DNA from: a virus
Virus genome (UHGV): UHGV-0141068
Length of the DNA stretch: 28,359 nt
Strand: one strand, 5' to 3'
Below are positions 26,402 to 28,359 of the stretch, piece after piece. The translations under genes and the position numbers were made by a program. Every line of letters begins with the position of its first letter. Position 1 is the stretch's first letter. Under the pieces are notes generated by a model that saw only the letters and a program-made list of their open reading frames with translations, did not search any database and was not told the DNA's origin.

Positions 26402-27166
26402 ATGAAAAAACGCATCACTTTCAGCGTAAACAATAGTTCTACTATTGATGCAATTGACGACTATAGCAATGCAAAAGGATACTCCAGGTCAGAGGTGATA
26501 TCATTTTTATTAAACGCCACAGTCCCAGCATTGAATAAAATAACATCGCAATATCATATAGCTCAAACTTTGGAGTCAACATTAGGCTGTATTTTTGAAG
26601 AGAAGGTCCCGTCAATAGCACGGGGGGAGCCAAAATTAACTTACGAAGAGTTTTTTCATTCCGTCTGGAACACTCACATTCGACACCGGAACGAGGTTGT
26701 CGATCAAGATTTTTATGCGCACAAAATACCTCATGATAAGATGGGTAAGAGCGAAAAAAAATTAATTCATGAAAAGCTCTCATACATTATAAAAAGTTTC
26801 AATGTAAAAAAAGCAATTTTTATTTACACAGATCGGCGCGTGAACCACAAACATCTCATTGCAGGAGGGTTATCTAATATCATACTGATAAAGGAAACAG
26901 TCTACGATGGTTGTTTTTTTGATTTGAGCAGCATTGTGATTATGCCAATCTTTGAACTTATTACATTTGGAGTTGAAGCAGTATTGAAAAGAAATAAAAC
27001 TCCCCCTAAACAATCATGCTATTGCTGGATACCAATTTATTACACAAATGATCTAGCGGTAATGGTCCCTGTGATTGCCGAAGGCGATACACCTCAAAAG
27101 GCGATGAAAGGAGGAGATGCCATCATTATTAACCCCTTTAACGGTGAAGTAAGCCATACTTTCTGA
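26402..27166 (+). CDS. RHH-domain fusion protein of unknown function
   Basis: 254 aa; N-terminus (KKRITFSVNNSSTIDAIDDYSNAKGYSRSEVISFLL) looks like a ribbon-helix-helix; about 200-aa C-terminal domain unrecognised; AT-rich. Confidence 0.55.
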   Translation: MKKRITFSVNNSSTIDAIDDYSNAKGYSRSEVISFLLNATVPALNKITSQYHIAQTLESTLGCIFEEKVPSIARGEPKLTYEEFFHSVWNTHIRHRNEVVDQDFYAHKIPHDKMGKSEKKLIHEKLSYIIKSFNVKKAIFIYTDRRVNHKHLIAGGLSNIILIKETVYDGCFFDLSSIVIMPIFELITFGVEAVLKRNKTPPKQSCYCWIPIYYTNDLAVMVPVIAEGDTPQKAMKGGDAIIINPFNGEVSHTF

Positions 27167-27248
27167 TACCAATGTTAAGCATAACCACTTAGTTGCATAC
27201 ATCTCGACAGTATGGAGTTAGTACCTAATAGCTTGATGAGGGTAAAAG

Positions 27249-27425
27249 ATGCCTACTAACAAAGCAAAATCAAAGAAAATTCTAGGAAGGCCTGAAGGAA
27301 GTAAATATTCCCATTTAATTCAGAGTGAGAAGGCTAAGCATTACTCTCAATCCAAGGTGGCAAAGATCTTAGGAATAAGTATTTCCACGGTAAAAAGACA
27401 CTGGGATAACGGCATCTTTGGGTGA
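27249..27425 (+). CDS. small HTH protein
   Basis: 58-aa ORF below ORF-track cutoff; GAGGG RBS 7 nt upstream; SKVAKILGISISTVKRHW helix-turn-helix. Confidence 0.45.
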   Translation: MPTNKAKSKKILGRPEGSKYSHLIQSEKAKHYSQSKVAKILGISISTVKRHWDNGIFG

Positions 27426-27627
27426 TTATAATTGCAGAGTTGCTTTTTAATTATTTTACTGCATGGGTAATGGGTTGATAACAAGTTTTATTGTTGGAAA
27501 GGTATTATATAACAGTCATTACTATTAATAGTTAATTAATATAACTAACCACAGACATTCAGCTATGTCTGATCATATTACTATATACGGCTATCCAAAG
27601 CCGTAGGGCTAACGACAGGATCGAAAC

Positions 27628-28248
27628 ATGGAATTATATCATGGTTCCCATGGTGAGCATGTGCTCGCCTATAAAAAACATATTGAACGAGTCGTCAATG
27701 ATGCTATCAGTGAATTCCCCAGAACAATGGCGTTACGTGTTGATGTTCATTATCCACCCATTTTAGACAGAGGTGACACTGTTTGCTGTTTTCCTAATCT
27801 AGAGCCTGGTGCCATATCCCGTTTCCGTAATGCATTAAATGCCATGTTGGAGGCCAATGAGAGAACCAGAGCAGCTAACGGCAAAAGAATATATCCAAAC
27901 CGTGTTCGTCATGTTTGGGCACGGGAGTTTTCCGAAGAAGGAAAATGTCACTTTCACCTTGGTCTTTTTTTTAACAAAGATGCTTATTACCATTTAGGTG
28001 ATTATGAGGCTGAAAGAAATTTAAGGATGATGATTGTAAGAGCATGGTATAGCGCACTGGGATTGGAACTGGATGATTATCCGGGATTGGTTCACTACCC
28101 TGAAAATTGTCGTTATATTTTAGACGTCAATGATTTTAACTTTGAAGGAGAATACAATAAATTACTGAATCGTCTCGACTACCTAGCTAAACTCGATACA
28201 AAAGCATATGGAGATGGCGACCGTAGCTTCGGCTGCAGTCGCGGGTAA
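27628..28248 (+). CDS. YagK/YfjJ-family protein
   Basis: 206 aa; family typical of CP4-type cryptic elements, assigned from memory of conserved regions. Confidence 0.55.
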   Translation: MELYHGSHGEHVLAYKKHIERVVNDAISEFPRTMALRVDVHYPPILDRGDTVCCFPNLEPGAISRFRNALNAMLEANERTRAANGKRIYPNRVRHVWAREFSEEGKCHFHLGLFFNKDAYYHLGDYEAERNLRMMIVRAWYSALGLELDDYPGLVHYPENCRYILDVNDFNFEGEYNKLLNRLDYLAKLDTKAYGDGDRSFGCSRG

Positions 28249-28311
28249 TTTATTTTTTACAGCAATGGCCTTTCTTATGGATGGAAAGGCCAGACCTTAT
28301 ATATCAAGAAG

Positions 28312-28359
28312 CTGTCTCTTATACACATCTGACGCTGCCGACGATCTACTCTGTGTAGA
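28312..28359. other. Illumina Nextera adapter read-through (sequencing artifact, not genomic)
   Basis: CTGTCTCTTATACACATCT (Tn5 mosaic end) + GACGCTGCCGACGA + TCTACTCT (8-nt index position) + GTGTAGA (start of P5 sequence). Confidence 0.95.

Larger units (their letters stand above)
24022..28311. mobile_element. second integrative element (P4/CP4-type), partial
   Basis: Begins right after the tRNA fragment; carries P4-type integrase, AlpA-like gene and YagK/YfjJ-family gene; AT-rich cargo. Confidence 0.65.

Overview
This window is almost entirely mobile DNA from an enterobacterial chromosome, read by eye with no database searches, so all family assignments are from memory. Positions 1 to about 24021 are one lambdoid prophage. 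Reading down the minus strand it carries a CP76-type cII-like gene, an iteron-containing replication gene, a nin-like region (PerC-like, Dam methylase, LexA-domain protein, RusA, KilA-N, DUF968), a Q antiterminator with a PR'/tR' late promoter, a lambda-like lysis cassette (holin, R endolysin, Rz/Rz1), HNH endonuclease, small and large terminase, HK97-type portal, protease and capsid, head-tail joining genes and a contractile tail sheath and tube that run off the left edge. The immunity region (cro-like, GTAC-core operators, CI repressor, PL with an rrn-like boxA) is followed on the plus strand by an AT-rich membrane-protein gene, an HD-domain/DUF551 cluster and a P22-type xis-int module ending at a 3' fragment of tRNA-Thr. 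To the right (24022 onward) a second integrative element begins, with a P4-type integrase, an AlpA-like regulator, an RHH-fusion protein and a YagK/YfjJ-family gene. The last 48 bases are Illumina Nextera adapter, not genome. The best candidates for an undescribed function are three low-GC accessory genes I cannot assign to any family: a membrane-anchored 198-aa protein just downstream of PL (20352..20948), a very acidic Tyr-rich 111-aa protein in the Q-to-holin slot (12056..12391), and a 254-aa RHH-fusion protein in the second element (26402..27166).
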